Shown here piece after piece: positions 25,158 through 35,135 of a stretch of DNA of 64,000 nt. Origin of the DNA: Elusimicrobia bacterium HGW-Elusimicrobia-1 (GTDB taxonomy: Bacteria; Elusimicrobiota; Endomicrobiia; PHAN01); NCBI GenBank assembly GCA_002841695.1, contig PHAN01000003.1, positions 164,849 through 228,848 of the forward strand. The letters are read 5' to 3'. Every line of letters starts with the position of its first letter. Position 1 is the first letter of the stretch. The notes under the pieces are model-generated. The model had not been told where the DNA came from. It saw nothing but the letters and a program-made list of their open reading frames with translations, and did not search any database. Both the position numbers and the translations under genes were made by a program.

Positions 25158-27202
25158 TGAAAACGAAAATATTGTCAAAAATCTCCTCTCTGCGCATCGC
25201 TCGCCGCGCGGCCGCTTTTTATGTTTTTTTTTGTGCGGCCAATCTGATCATTTTCGGAGCTTTCCGCGCGGTTTTCTACGTTAAATACTCAGAGATTTAC
25301 GGCGATGCATCCGCGGCGAAGATAATCGGGGCTTTTCTGGCGGGACTTCGCTTCGATGCTTCCACCATATCCGTATTCTCCTCGGTATTTTTTCTGTGGC
25401 TGTTTATTTCGGAAATAAGACGCAACGATGGGCGGATGTCCCGTGTCCCCGTCGCGGCTTTGATCGTCGTGTTCTCATTTCTGTGGATAGTGCTGGCGGC
25501 CGACTTGTTTTACTTCCGGTATTCCGGACGCAGGATGTCTTTTGAAATATGGCTGGCAGTTCAGGAAATCGCGCAGGTATCGGAGACGATATTGTCTCGT
25601 TACGCGCTTGTGGCGGTTTTCATGGCGGTTTTTGTAAAGGGACAGATTTTCCTGTTTTATAAGGTCATTCATTTCATAGAAAAAAAATTACCCGCCGGCA
25701 ATATATCTCCGCTCGGAGGATTTTCGTCGGTTCTGGTTTTTTTAGTCGTTGCCGTCGTCGCGGGCCGCGGTGGTTTTCAGACGAGGCCCATAGAGCCGAA
25801 GACCGCCTTTGCCATGCTTGAAGACGTGCCGCTCGGCTACTTATCCCTCAACGGAGCATACACCGTTTCTCACGCCGCGTTGCACAATTTGCGAATTTCC
25901 TCGGAAGATGCGGATATTATTCCCGCCGACGTCCAAAGAGTCACGGGGCTTGTAGGTTCTCCGCGCGAAAGTTTTTCTTCGTGGAAATATCCGTTGAAGC
26001 GTTTTCGTCGGTCCGGCAAGATTTTGCCGGCTGGGAAAAAGAAGAACATTGTAATTTTCATAATGGAAGGCCTCTCGGCCGCTCATACCGGCGCGCTCGG
26101 CGGAATCGCGGGCGCCACGCCTTTCATGGATTCCCTGGCCGAAGACGGATTGCTGCACAAGAATTTTTATTCCACAGGAACCAGGACGATGCAAATACTG
26201 CCCGCCGTGTTGTGCTCGCTGCCTCCATTTTACGATTTCGCCCACAATTCCATAACTCTTGAACAGAATCGTGTCAGAAGCGTAGCTCATGTGCTCGGCG
26301 AGCACGGCTATTCTTCGATATTCGTGCACGGCGCCCGCAGGGACGTTTACAACAGGGATGCGCTGTTGACCGCTGCGGGTTTCAACGAGCATGTGGCGAT
26401 GGATGATTTTAAGCGCAACGAAGTCCGCTTTTCAAAAGCTTGGGGCGTGCACGATGAGTATGTTTTTTTAAGAGCACACGAAGAGTTTCAAAAAATGCCG
26501 AGACCTTTCCTTGGCGTGGTTTTTTCTCTTTCCGCCCATCCGCCATATGACTTGCCGCCGGGCGAAAGGCCTTTCCGCGGACATTCCTTGAGAGACGACT
26601 TTCTTAACGCCGTGCGTTACTCCGACGATTCGCTTAAACAATTTTTCTCCGCCGCCGTGTCGTCGGACTATTATAAGGACACCATTTTCATAATCCTCGG
26701 CGACCATACCAGCGCGATGGGCCTTTCCGGTCCGCGCGACGTCTTCCGTATTCCTTTTGTGATGGTCTTTCCCGGCGGAAAACCCGACCGCGCGGTCATG
26801 CGCTCCCCCGCCTCGCAAACGGATATACTGCCCACCATAATGGATCTTGCCGGAGTGTCGTCGGAGCACGCTTCCTTCGGTCGCTCGCTGTTTGACGAGA
26901 ATAAAAAGGGTTTTGCTTTTATGTACGCAAATGAGATAATTTACTGGGCTTACGGAGATTTTATTCTCGGCCACGACGGCAAAAGAAAGATATCGCTCCA
27001 TTACAGAGGCCGCAAAGTTCCGTTTTCGCTTGCTCGACGCGTGATGTCCGGCGGAGAAAATATGCTCGATAAAATGGAAAACGATATTAAGTCATTTATG
27101 AGAGTGGGCCGAGGCGTCGTGCTCGGCAACCGGATTTGGCCTCCCCACGTGGAAGAAGAGTATAGTTCCTCCGGCACAATGACTCGGGGTGGAAATCCGT
27201 GA
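25157..27202 (+). CDS. membrane-anchored sulfatase / LTA-synthase-family (phosphoglycerol or phosphoethanolamine) transferase
   Basis: N-terminal TM helices, then an alkaline-phosphatase-superfamily domain ('NIVIFIMEGLSA', 'SLSAHPPYD', 'FIILGDHTS'). Start taken at 25157 (TAATG overlap with the upstream gene); the track ORF begins at 25079. Confidence 0.65.
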   Translation: MKTKILSKISSLRIARRAAAFYVFFCAANLIIFGAFRAVFYVKYSEIYGDASAAKIIGAFLAGLRFDASTISVFSSVFFLWLFISEIRRNDGRMSRVPVAALIVVFSFLWIVLAADLFYFRYSGRRMSFEIWLAVQEIAQVSETILSRYALVAVFMAVFVKGQIFLFYKVIHFIEKKLPAGNISPLGGFSSVLVFLVVAVVAGRGGFQTRPIEPKTAFAMLEDVPLGYLSLNGAYTVSHAALHNLRISSEDADIIPADVQRVTGLVGSPRESFSSWKYPLKRFRRSGKILPAGKKKNIVIFIMEGLSAAHTGALGGIAGATPFMDSLAEDGLLHKNFYSTGTRTMQILPAVLCSLPPFYDFAHNSITLEQNRVRSVAHVLGEHGYSSIFVHGARRDVYNRDALLTAAGFNEHVAMDDFKRNEVRFSKAWGVHDEYVFLRAHEEFQKMPRPFLGVVFSLSAHPPYDLPPGERPFRGHSLRDDFLNAVRYSDDSLKQFFSAAVSSDYYKDTIFIILGDHTSAMGLSGPRDVFRIPFVMVFPGGKPDRAVMRSPASQTDILPTIMDLAGVSSEHASFGRSLFDENKKGFAFMYANEIIYWAYGDFILGHDGKRKISLHYRGRKVPFSLARRVMSGGENMLDKMENDIKSFMRVGRGVVLGNRIWPPHVEEEYSSSGTMTRGGNP

Positions 27203-28389
27203 AGAAAACAATACTTAAAATCTCGGCGGGTACGGTCGCCGCGGGACTCTGCGTATATGCAGTTTTCGCCTCTATGGGAATATCCGGCATTCAGGCCGGT
27301 TCGGCATTGGTGTTTTTGGGATTGACGGCGTTCGTGTTCGCCGGCGGCGTCGGGAATATGATTCACTTTGACGACGACGCGGGTTTTCTGGCGCGCGCCG
27401 TCGTGTTTTTTCTTGCATGGAGTTTTGTCGCGTCCGCCGCCGGCGGAGCGGCCTTGGCCGGATTAAGAAATTTGGCTCCGTTAGTCGGCGCGTTTTCGAT
27501 TTTTTGCGGTCTCGCCGCTTCGTCCCCGCGGGCGCGCGCCGCTTATCTTTCGGTCGCGCTGATGTTTTTCGCCGTTCAATCCGTTTACGGGATAGCCCAG
27601 TATTTTACCGGCATAGACATAACCCGCGGAGGATTTTCGGAGCCGTACTTGCGCGTGCGCGGGACACTGGGATATTTCAACTCGCTGGGCGGCGTTCTGG
27701 GAATGATGCTGCCGGTGGCGGCCGGTTTTGCGGTTTTTCCGTCGGACAAAAAAAAGAAGTTGCCGTATGCCGTCGCCGCTGTGTTGATGGCCGGAGCTCT
27801 TCTGGCGACTTTTACGCGCGGAGCGTGGATCGGCGCCGCGGCGGGTGTGGCCGTAGTATTCTTTTTGCGTTACGGCCGCCGCGCGTTCTTCATATTCGCT
27901 TTATTGCCCGCGATGCTGTTTCTTGCTCCGGTGCGTTCCCGTCTGGCCGATATTAAAAGCCGGCCCGAAACCGAAAGGGTTTATATGTGGAGAAAGTCGG
28001 CGGCCATGATAAAGACATCTCCCGTGTTAGGTTTCGGCGCCGGAGGTTTTGAGCGCGCCGCCGCCCGTGACGCGGCCGCCGGAATTATTCAAAAACACTT
28101 TCATCCGCATAATATTTTCATGGCTGCCGCTCTCGACGGGGGAATACCGCTTGCGCTTGCCCTCGCCGCCTTTCTTTTTGTTATGTTCCGTCGTGCCGCC
28201 AAAACTTTTGTGCTTGCCCGCGCAAGTTCTTCGGGCGGCGCGTCCGTTATGCCTGCGGCTCTTGCCGCCGGAGTTCTGGGCAGTTTGACGGACTTTGCGG
28301 CGCACGGTATGGTGGATAATCTATTCTCCGGCGAAACGCTTTATCTGCTGTGGTTTCTTGCCGGATGTTTATTTTTCTATGAAAAATAA
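27199..28389 (+). CDS. O-antigen ligase / polymerase-like (Wzy_C) membrane protein
   Basis: Multi-TM protein with 'FTRGAWIGAAAG' and a periplasmic loop typical of the WaaL/Wzy_C family. Confidence 0.55.
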   Translation: MKKTILKISAGTVAAGLCVYAVFASMGISGIQAGSALVFLGLTAFVFAGGVGNMIHFDDDAGFLARAVVFFLAWSFVASAAGGAALAGLRNLAPLVGAFSIFCGLAASSPRARAAYLSVALMFFAVQSVYGIAQYFTGIDITRGGFSEPYLRVRGTLGYFNSLGGVLGMMLPVAAGFAVFPSDKKKKLPYAVAAVLMAGALLATFTRGAWIGAAAGVAVVFFLRYGRRAFFIFALLPAMLFLAPVRSRLADIKSRPETERVYMWRKSAAMIKTSPVLGFGAGGFERAAARDAAAGIIQKHFHPHNIFMAAALDGGIPLALALAAFLFVMFRRAAKTFVLARASSSGGASVMPAALAAGVLGSLTDFAAHGMVDNLFSGETLYLLWFLAGCLFFYEK

Positions 28390-29488
28390 ATCCGTCGTAT
28401 TTTTCGACGCGACACCCGCATGGTCCGGCGGAGCCAACAGAATATTGTTTCTGGCCAAGTCGCTTTCGTCCGCGGGTTTTTTTCCTCACATTGTATGTTT
28501 GCGCGGCGGACGGCTCGGCGAACTGGCCGGGCGGGCCGGCATCGACGTTTTTAAGATAAATCCTGTTTTCGACACGGATCCCGTCGCATTGTGCAGGATA
28601 TTTTTTTATCTGCGTCGGATAAATGCCGCAGTCGCGGATATAAACTCTCCGGGATTTTACTGGATTGGCCTTGCCGCCGCCAAACTCGCGGGAGTAAAAA
28701 CCGTTTTGACGCGGAATGTCCCTTACAGAAAACAAGGGCTTAAGAGGATCGTCAATAAATATCTGCTTTACGGCCGGTATGACCGCATAATATCTTTGTC
28801 CGCGGCGGTAAAGAAAGACCTTGAAAGCGATTACGGATTGTCCAATGTCCGGCTGATTTACGACGGTATTTTCAGCGCCGTTTCGCCGCCGTCGCCGGAA
28901 GAATCCGCGGCGGCAAAAAAAACTTTCGGTTTCGCGCCGGACGACATAGTTTTCGGTCTTGTCGGCCGTCTGGAAAAAAACAAGGGACAGCATGTGGCCG
29001 TGGAGGCATTCGCCGCCGTGGCCGACGCGTGTCCTCGCGCAAAGCTTCTGGTGGCGGGCGCCGGTGACGCCGGCTACGCGGAATATCTCTCGTCGCTCGC
29101 GCGAAAACTTAATCTTGCGGGGCGTGTATTGCTGGCCGGTTACGTCGAAGACGTGTCCGCGGTTTACAAGGCCTCCGACATTCTTGTGCATCCTTCTTTT
29201 TACGACAATATACCAATAAGCATTCTTGAGTCGCTTTCGGCGGGACGTCCCGTCATTGCCTCTCGGGTGGGCGGAATCCCCGAAGTCATCGTCGATAACG
29301 AAAACGGAATGCTTTTCGACGCCGGCTCGGCCGGACAACTCGCCGGGAAGATGTTGAAGATGGCCGCCGCGGACTATGCTGCTATCGGACGCGCCGCGTC
29401 GCCGGCCGTGGCCGAAAAATTTTCCGTCGTCGAAATGAAATCGAGATATATAGAGTTGATGGATGAACTCACCGGAGGATCCTCATGA
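28379..29488 (+). CDS. GT4 glycosyltransferase
   Basis: 'GRLEKNKGQHVAVEAF' and the E-x7-E region 'ESLSAGRPVIASRVGGIPEVI'. Start at internal Met (MKNKSVVFF), overlapping the previous gene by 11 nt. Confidence 0.7.
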   Translation: MKNKSVVFFDATPAWSGGANRILFLAKSLSSAGFFPHIVCLRGGRLGELAGRAGIDVFKINPVFDTDPVALCRIFFYLRRINAAVADINSPGFYWIGLAAAKLAGVKTVLTRNVPYRKQGLKRIVNKYLLYGRYDRIISLSAAVKKDLESDYGLSNVRLIYDGIFSAVSPPSPEESAAAKKTFGFAPDDIVFGLVGRLEKNKGQHVAVEAFAAVADACPRAKLLVAGAGDAGYAEYLSSLARKLNLAGRVLLAGYVEDVSAVYKASDILVHPSFYDNIPISILESLSAGRPVIASRVGGIPEVIVDNENGMLFDAGSAGQLAGKMLKMAAADYAAIGRAASPAVAEKFSVVEMKSRYIELMDELTGGSS

Positions 29489-30213
29489 TTTACGTTGCTC
29501 TGCCGGCTTACAACGAAGAAAAAAATATTCCGCCTCTTCTTTCGGCGGTTTCCGAAACGCTCAAAGGCGCCGATTACAAAGTCGTAATTGTCGACGACGG
29601 TTCGACCGACGGCACTCTGTCGGCCGCTCGTCTGGCATCCGGCGTTATGCCCGTGGAAGTAATACCGCACGAAAAAAATATGGGCCTGGGCGCGGCGATA
29701 AAAACTTTGTTCGCGTATATCGCCAAAAACGTAAAGTCCGGCGACGTCGTCGTTACGATGGACGCCGACAATACCCATCCGGCCGCGCTCATCCCCTCGA
29801 TGGCATCCCGTGTCGCGGAAGGCGCCGATATAGTGATTGCGTCGCGTTTCTGCGCCGGCGCGAAAACTCGCGGCGTGCCGTTTTACAGAAATCTTCTGAG
29901 CCGCGTCGCCGCTCTGATATTCAAAATCGCTTTTCGCATCAGGGGCGTAAACGATTATACAAGCGGATACAGGGTCATATCGGGCGCCATACTGCGCCGC
30001 TATTTCGACAGCCCCGAGGCCGCGCCGCTCGTAACAGAGGCGGGTTTTACCGCCGGCACCGAGATATTGATAAAACTATCGCGGCAACCCGGCGCGCGCA
30101 TCGTCGAAGCGCCCCTTGATTTAAGATACGATTTGAAAGGCGGGGCTTCCAAAATGAAGGTGGTTTCGACGATGATAAAATATCTGAAACTTCTGAGGAT
30201 GGCTTTCAAATGA
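29485..30213 (+). CDS. GT2 polyprenol-phosphate glycosyltransferase (DPM1/ArnC-like)
   Basis: 'MIYVALPAYNEEKNI...KVVIVDDGSTDGT...VVTMDADNTH'. Confidence 0.65.
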   Translation: MIYVALPAYNEEKNIPPLLSAVSETLKGADYKVVIVDDGSTDGTLSAARLASGVMPVEVIPHEKNMGLGAAIKTLFAYIAKNVKSGDVVVTMDADNTHPAALIPSMASRVAEGADIVIASRFCAGAKTRGVPFYRNLLSRVAALIFKIAFRIRGVNDYTSGYRVISGAILRRYFDSPEAAPLVTEAGFTAGTEILIKLSRQPGARIVEAPLDLRYDLKGGASKMKVVSTMIKYLKLLRMAFK

Positions 30214-31001
30214 AAATATGGCCCTGGGCGTTTGCGATTGTATTTGTTTTGACCGTCGCGGTAGTCGCTCTGCGCGCGTATTATTCGCGCAGAACTTTTA
30301 TACTCTGTTACCACAAAATCGCGCCGTTCCGTCGGGGAGGGCTCAAAAGCTTATTCGTGCGCCCGCGATATTTTGCCGCGCAGATGGGCTATTTGAAACT
30401 GAGAGGATATAGAACCGTGTCCCTGCCCGAACTCGCCGGCATAATATCTTCCGGTCAAAAATTGCCGCCAAAAATTTTCGCCATTACTTTCGACGACGGC
30501 TACCGCGATAACTACACTTCGGCCTATCCGACGCTTAAAAAAAACGGATTCAGGGCTACGGTTTTTCTTATGGCTTCGGCGGTGGGACAAAATTACGCCT
30601 ACCCGGGGGAACCCGCCGAAGAACATCTGTCTCCGGAAGAAATCAGGTTAATGTCGGACATAATCGATTTCGGCGCGCATACTCTAAGCCATCCCCGCCT
30701 CGCCGACGTTTCCGACGCCCAAGTCGCCGTCGAAGTATCCGGATCGAAAAAGGCGCTCAAGGATAAAGCGGGCGTGGACGCCGTCACTTTCTGCTATCCC
30801 TTCGGTTCCTGCGACGAGCGTTCGGTCGCTCTGGCGCGCTCGGATTACGTCGCGGCCTGCACAACCCGTCCGGGGCTTGTGTCCGCCGGAGCCGACCCTC
30901 ATCTTCTCCCCCGTGTCGAGTTCAAAGATTTGTTTACTATGAGTTTTCGTGATTTTTTCAGGGCATTTGAGTTTTATCTGAAAATAGCCCTCGGAGCGTG
31001 A
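30210..31001 (+). CDS. polysaccharide deacetylase (NodB-homology; ArnD-like)
   Basis: 'FAITFDDGYRDNYTSAYPTLKKNGFRATVF...HTLSHPRL' matches NodB motifs. Confidence 0.65.
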   Translation: MKIWPWAFAIVFVLTVAVVALRAYYSRRTFILCYHKIAPFRRGGLKSLFVRPRYFAAQMGYLKLRGYRTVSLPELAGIISSGQKLPPKIFAITFDDGYRDNYTSAYPTLKKNGFRATVFLMASAVGQNYAYPGEPAEEHLSPEEIRLMSDIIDFGAHTLSHPRLADVSDAQVAVEVSGSKKALKDKAGVDAVTFCYPFGSCDERSVALARSDYVAACTTRPGLVSAGADPHLLPRVEFKDLFTMSFRDFFRAFEFYLKIALGA

Positions 31002-32431
31002 CGAGCGTGTTGACATCGACCAAAGCGCGTTTGCTTTTTATCCTGGCCGTTTGCGGCATAATGTATTTTAACCGTCTCGGCGCGGCCACGCTTATTTTTG
31101 ACGACGCGTTCTACGCTCAAAAGGCCAAAGAAATGCTGCGGGCCGATAACTGGCTCGTGCCCGTCTACGCGGGGAAGGCCGATTTTCAGGACGGCAAACC
31201 CATTTTTCACTACTGGGCGCAGATGGCGGGCGCGGGAATATTCGGTTCCGGGAATCTCGGCGCCCGTTCGGCCCAGGCCTTATTCGGTTTTGTCGGAGTT
31301 ATTTTTTTATTTTTCTTCGCGCGAAGATTTTACAGCGAGCCGGTCGCTTTTATGGCCTCGCTGATTCTGGCTTTCACTCAGCAGTATCTGCATCACGCCA
31401 GGAGCGCCCAGCCCGATGTGCTTTTCACTTTATTCTTCACCGCCGCCGTCGCGGCGTATTATGCGGCGGTGTCCGGACGGGGTAAAATTTATTACTATTT
31501 GACCGGCATAGCGGCGGGTTGCGCCGTTATGACCAGAAACGTTCCGGGTCTGCTGGTTTTCGGCGTCATCGGCGCTCACGCAGTCCTTACGGGCGGTTTG
31601 TCGTCGCGGATGAGGGATAAACATTTTATCTTGGGCGCAATGTCAAGCATTGTCGTAATACTGCCGTGGTTTGTTTTTATGACTTTAAGATTCGGCGGGG
31701 AGTTCACGGAAAACTACATCGGACGAGTGGCGGCCATAGGCGTGGGCGGAACGGGTATTTATACGCCGTGGCACACGATAATAGTCAGGATAATCGAGAA
31801 CTATTGGCCGTGGCTGCCTTTTCTTGCGATGGGAATATACAAGGAAATACGTCTGGTTTTGTCGCCGTTGTCGTCGAAAGAAGAAAAAAGCGGGTCGCTG
31901 TTACTGCTTATGTGGATAGCCGTTCCATTTGCGGTTTTTCAGGCCGCATCCGTCAGAGGTTCTCAATACATAATGCCGATTTACGTTCCCTTTGCCGTAG
32001 TGACAGCGCGGGTTTTCGACGGATTTCGCAATAATGAAAGATGGATGAAGGGGCTTGTCGCCGTGTCGGCGCTTGCGGCGGTTTTATATCTGTTTTTGCC
32101 GCTGGCTCCGAACACTTTGGACGTGGGACATTACGGGGAGTTAAAAGGATTGTTCGGCCATGTGCGGGAAGTTTCGCCCGCGCCGGTGGCGGTTCCCGTC
32201 GAAGATTACTGGTATTTTTCCAACGGTTTGAGATTTTACGCCGACGCCGAAGTCTCGGCCGCGTCGGCGGGCGGCATCGGGTCGGATATTCTTTCGTCGA
32301 GAGGCAAGTATTACCTTATGAGGTCGCGGGACTTCGCCGTGTTGACACAGAACGCGCGCCGTTCGTCGAAAATTATCGCGCGCACGGACAATTTCATCTT
32401 TTTGAAATCCGCAGGAAAAAACGGCCGTTGA
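30998..32431 (+). CDS. GT39/GT83 (ArnT/PMT-like) membrane glycosyltransferase
   Basis: 'LIFDDAFYAQKAKEMLRADNWLVPVY...KPIFHYW' is the N-terminal ArnT/PMT signature; multi-TM. Confidence 0.65.
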   Translation: MTSVLTSTKARLLFILAVCGIMYFNRLGAATLIFDDAFYAQKAKEMLRADNWLVPVYAGKADFQDGKPIFHYWAQMAGAGIFGSGNLGARSAQALFGFVGVIFLFFFARRFYSEPVAFMASLILAFTQQYLHHARSAQPDVLFTLFFTAAVAAYYAAVSGRGKIYYYLTGIAAGCAVMTRNVPGLLVFGVIGAHAVLTGGLSSRMRDKHFILGAMSSIVVILPWFVFMTLRFGGEFTENYIGRVAAIGVGGTGIYTPWHTIIVRIIENYWPWLPFLAMGIYKEIRLVLSPLSSKEEKSGSLLLLMWIAVPFAVFQAASVRGSQYIMPIYVPFAVVTARVFDGFRNNERWMKGLVAVSALAAVLYLFLPLAPNTLDVGHYGELKGLFGHVREVSPAPVAVPVEDYWYFSNGLRFYADAEVSAASAGGIGSDILSSRGKYYLMRSRDFAVLTQNARRSSKIIARTDNFIFLKSAGKNGR

Positions 32432-32509
32432 TGTTATCTTACCGCACGGGCGCGGTTCATAAAAAGCGCCGGCCGGGCCGATGGTTTTTGACGGTTTTAA
32501 GTTTTATGG

Positions 32510-33997
32510 TTACCGCGACGGAATTTTGACGGCGGGCGCCTTCGCGCTTTTGCGGTTGGACGCGAACACAAACCTTCCCTGTTCGCACAATACATAAAGT
32601 TTTTTTCTTGTCGCGGGGGCAAGATTTTCCGCGTCTTCTTTTTTCATGAGAAAATATTTTTTCAGGGGAGACGATACATGCGCCGCGATATCTTCGGGCT
32701 CGTCGACGGAATGCGTAACTCCCCTGTCGGCGTACCAGGGCAAAAGCGATATCATATCCCAATAGTAAAGTTTGTGGATAATAACTTTTTCGTCGCGGCC
32801 GGTATTTTTTGCTATGCAGGGCGCCAGAGCTTTTAGGTCGGGATTTCTGGATTTACTCAGGCGCACCGGCGCAAAAAATACTATGGCCGCGATTATTACC
32901 GCCGTCGCCGCGCCAGCCGAAACGATTTGCGGGCGGTATTTTCTCGTCCATACATTGAATATATACCCGTTGAGAACGCACCACGCCGGCCAAATCATCA
33001 AAAGATAATAATCCTCGCGGTATCCCGCCGCCGAAAATCCGGCGAATGTCACGCCCGCCCAGAAAAGTAAAATATAAAGCTTGCCGGCTTTTTCGCGGAT
33101 AATCCGGACCGCGCCGAAGAATCCCGTTATTGCCCACGGGAAGAATCTCGATAAAAACATTCCCGAATAGAAAATCACGCCCCTGATTTTGTCGACGATA
33201 CCCGCCTGTCCTCTGTCCCCGCCGCTTATTTTCCATAAGACCTGCTCTACGACATAAAACCGCCAGAACGCGTCGCCCTTAAAAATAATCTGCGGCACAA
33301 TCCATGCCGCCGCAACTGCCGCCGCGCTCAACGGCCCGATCCAGAATTTCGGTTGCCGCAGAAGTTTTGGCTCGAAAAACAGTATGCAGGGAATTATCGA
33401 TGCGTATATCGCGCCTGCCGGAACGCCTTTGGAAAGAAAGGCCAGCCCTGCCGCCGCGCCGCTTATCGCGTGCAATAAACCGGATTCTTTGCGCCGCGCG
33501 GCGACGAAGGACAAAAAAGAAACCGTAGTAAAAAAAACGAAGATACTTTCCAGTTCGCATTTGCGCGAATGTTTGAAGAAAAAAGGAGTGAGTATGAGCG
33601 TGAGCGCGGCCAGAAAACCGGTGTATTCATCGTCGATGGCGTTGCCCAGAAGATAAACCGCAAGTATAAGAAGCAATCCGAAGAAAGCCGAAACCGTCCT
33701 TGCCGTGAAATCGTCGGCGCCGGCTATCTTAAAGACCGCGCTTTGCAGCCAGAAAAAAAGAGGCGGATGATGATAAAAATCGACGAACTCTTCGGAATGC
33801 GGCCAGTGCGGGGTCAGGTAGTCGCCGGTGCGGGCCATCTCGCGCGAAATGGACGCGTAGGTGCATGAACCTATCGGCTGAAGGTCGGTATCTCCGAGTT
33901 TGGCGAACATACCGGCGAAACCCAGTATGAACACCGCCAAAAACATAGTGCGACGGTTATCGGGGAATATTTTTTTAAGTGCGGACATAGCGGGCAT
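32510..33997 (-). CDS. GT39/GT83 (ArnT/PMT-like) membrane glycosyltransferase
   Basis: 'YASISREMARTGDYLTPHW...HHPPLFFW'; multi-TM. Confidence 0.65.
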   Translation of the reverse strand: MPAMSALKKIFPDNRRTMFLAVFILGFAGMFAKLGDTDLQPIGSCTYASISREMARTGDYLTPHWPHSEEFVDFYHHPPLFFWLQSAVFKIAGADDFTARTVSAFFGLLLILAVYLLGNAIDDEYTGFLAALTLILTPFFFKHSRKCELESIFVFFTTVSFLSFVAARRKESGLLHAISGAAAGLAFLSKGVPAGAIYASIIPCILFFEPKLLRQPKFWIGPLSAAAVAAAWIVPQIIFKGDAFWRFYVVEQVLWKISGGDRGQAGIVDKIRGVIFYSGMFLSRFFPWAITGFFGAVRIIREKAGKLYILLFWAGVTFAGFSAAGYREDYYLLMIWPAWCVLNGYIFNVWTRKYRPQIVSAGAATAVIIAAIVFFAPVRLSKSRNPDLKALAPCIAKNTGRDEKVIIHKLYYWDMISLLPWYADRGVTHSVDEPEDIAAHVSSPLKKYFLMKKEDAENLAPATRKKLYVLCEQGRFVFASNRKSAKAPAVKIPSR

Positions 33998-34039
33998 AAA
34001 TAAAAATCGCCGCGTTTTTCGGCGGCCTCTTTTGCGGAT

Positions 34040-34987
34040 TCAGCGGGTTCGTATTGAGTCGAGAGTTTCCGACAGTGTCCTGCGCGGTTTCCATCCGGTT
34101 TGTTTCCGCAGGGCGATAGATGAACCGCGAATATCTTTTACGTCGTTGGATCTGAACCTGGACTTCTCGCAGACTATTTTTATTTTCGGCGCGCTGTTTC
34201 CGCAGAGGATTTTTATTATCCGCTTCAAAGACACGGATTTTCCGGAGGATACGTTGTAAAATCCGGCCTTGCCCTTCAGCGCCAAAAGACACAGCGCATC
34301 CGCCACGTCTCTTACGTCGACAAAATCGCGTTTTACGCCGATGTCGCCGACTTTAAGTTCGCAGTCGCGCGTCTTGCCGGATTTTATTCTCGATATTTGC
34401 GCGGCGAAGGAACCCACGGAAAGCGATTCCGACATCGCGGGTCCGAGCACATTGAACATTCTGGCGACTATGACTTTAAGGCCGCGCGCGGAGTAAAAAT
34501 CAGCCGCCTCGCTTTGCCATGATTTTACCAGGCCGTACGGGCTGACGGGCGACAAAATCGAATTTTCGCGCACCGGTAATTGTGATTTTTTGGCCGCGCC
34601 GTACTCTGCCGCCGAGCCGACTAAAATTACCGTCGGCGACGGCTTAACGCACAAGGACGCTTCCATGAGCGAGACGGCCGACGCCAGATTGGCTCTTATC
34701 AGCACGTCCCACGGCAGAATGGTCGCTGCGCCCGTGCCGGCAAGATTCACGATTACGTCCGGTTTTACGCGGGCGACAAGCGCTTTCGCCGCTTGTAAAT
34801 CGGCCGCGTCGCATTTTATAAAACCGATATTTTTTCCGCCTTCCGTTTTTGGGAGGCGCGCAGCGGCGTTTTTAACGTCGGAAGCCGCAATCGTTGCGCG
34901 GGGAAAACGTTTCGCGGCGGCGGCTATGAAATATCCGCCCATATAACCGCCCGCGCCCGTTACAAGAATTTTCTTTATTTCACGCAT
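34040..34987 (-). CDS. NAD-dependent epimerase/dehydratase family protein
   Basis: 'ILVTGAGGYMGGY' Rossmann motif; SDR-extended family. Confidence 0.6.
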   Translation of the reverse strand: MREIKKILVTGAGGYMGGYFIAAAAKRFPRATIAASDVKNAAARLPKTEGGKNIGFIKCDAADLQAAKALVARVKPDVIVNLAGTGAATILPWDVLIRANLASAVSLMEASLCVKPSPTVILVGSAAEYGAAKKSQLPVRENSILSPVSPYGLVKSWQSEAADFYSARGLKVIVARMFNVLGPAMSESLSVGSFAAQISRIKSGKTRDCELKVGDIGVKRDFVDVRDVADALCLLALKGKAGFYNVSSGKSVSLKRIIKILCGNSAPKIKIVCEKSRFRSNDVKDIRGSSIALRKQTGWKPRRTLSETLDSIRTR

Positions 34988-34994
34988 TTTTTAA

Positions 34995-35112
34995 GAGTTG
35001 TCATTGCGAACCGCCCGCAGGGTGGTGAAGCAATCTCAATTTTCGATAAAAACATGCGCGAGATTGCTTCGTCACCCCCGCCTGCGGCGGGGCTTCCTCG
35101 CAATGACATGTT
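34995..35112. repeat. MITE-like inverted-repeat element, copy a
   Basis: Termini gtcattgcga ... cttcctcgcaatgac. Internal inverted repeat gaagcaatctc / gagattgcttc. Confidence 0.55.
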
Positions 35113-35135
35113 TTATATCGCGCATAATACGACAA

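Noticed and set aside
28247-29338. 363-aa minus-strand ORF
   Set aside because: Antisense to the GT4 glycosyltransferase, which has the EX7E motif on the plus strand.
34990-35112. Possibility that MITE-like copy a encodes a small protein (ORF track shows short overlapping frames)
   Set aside because: The element is a palindrome whose arms differ between copies only so as to preserve pairing. Reading frames are not conserved among the three copies.
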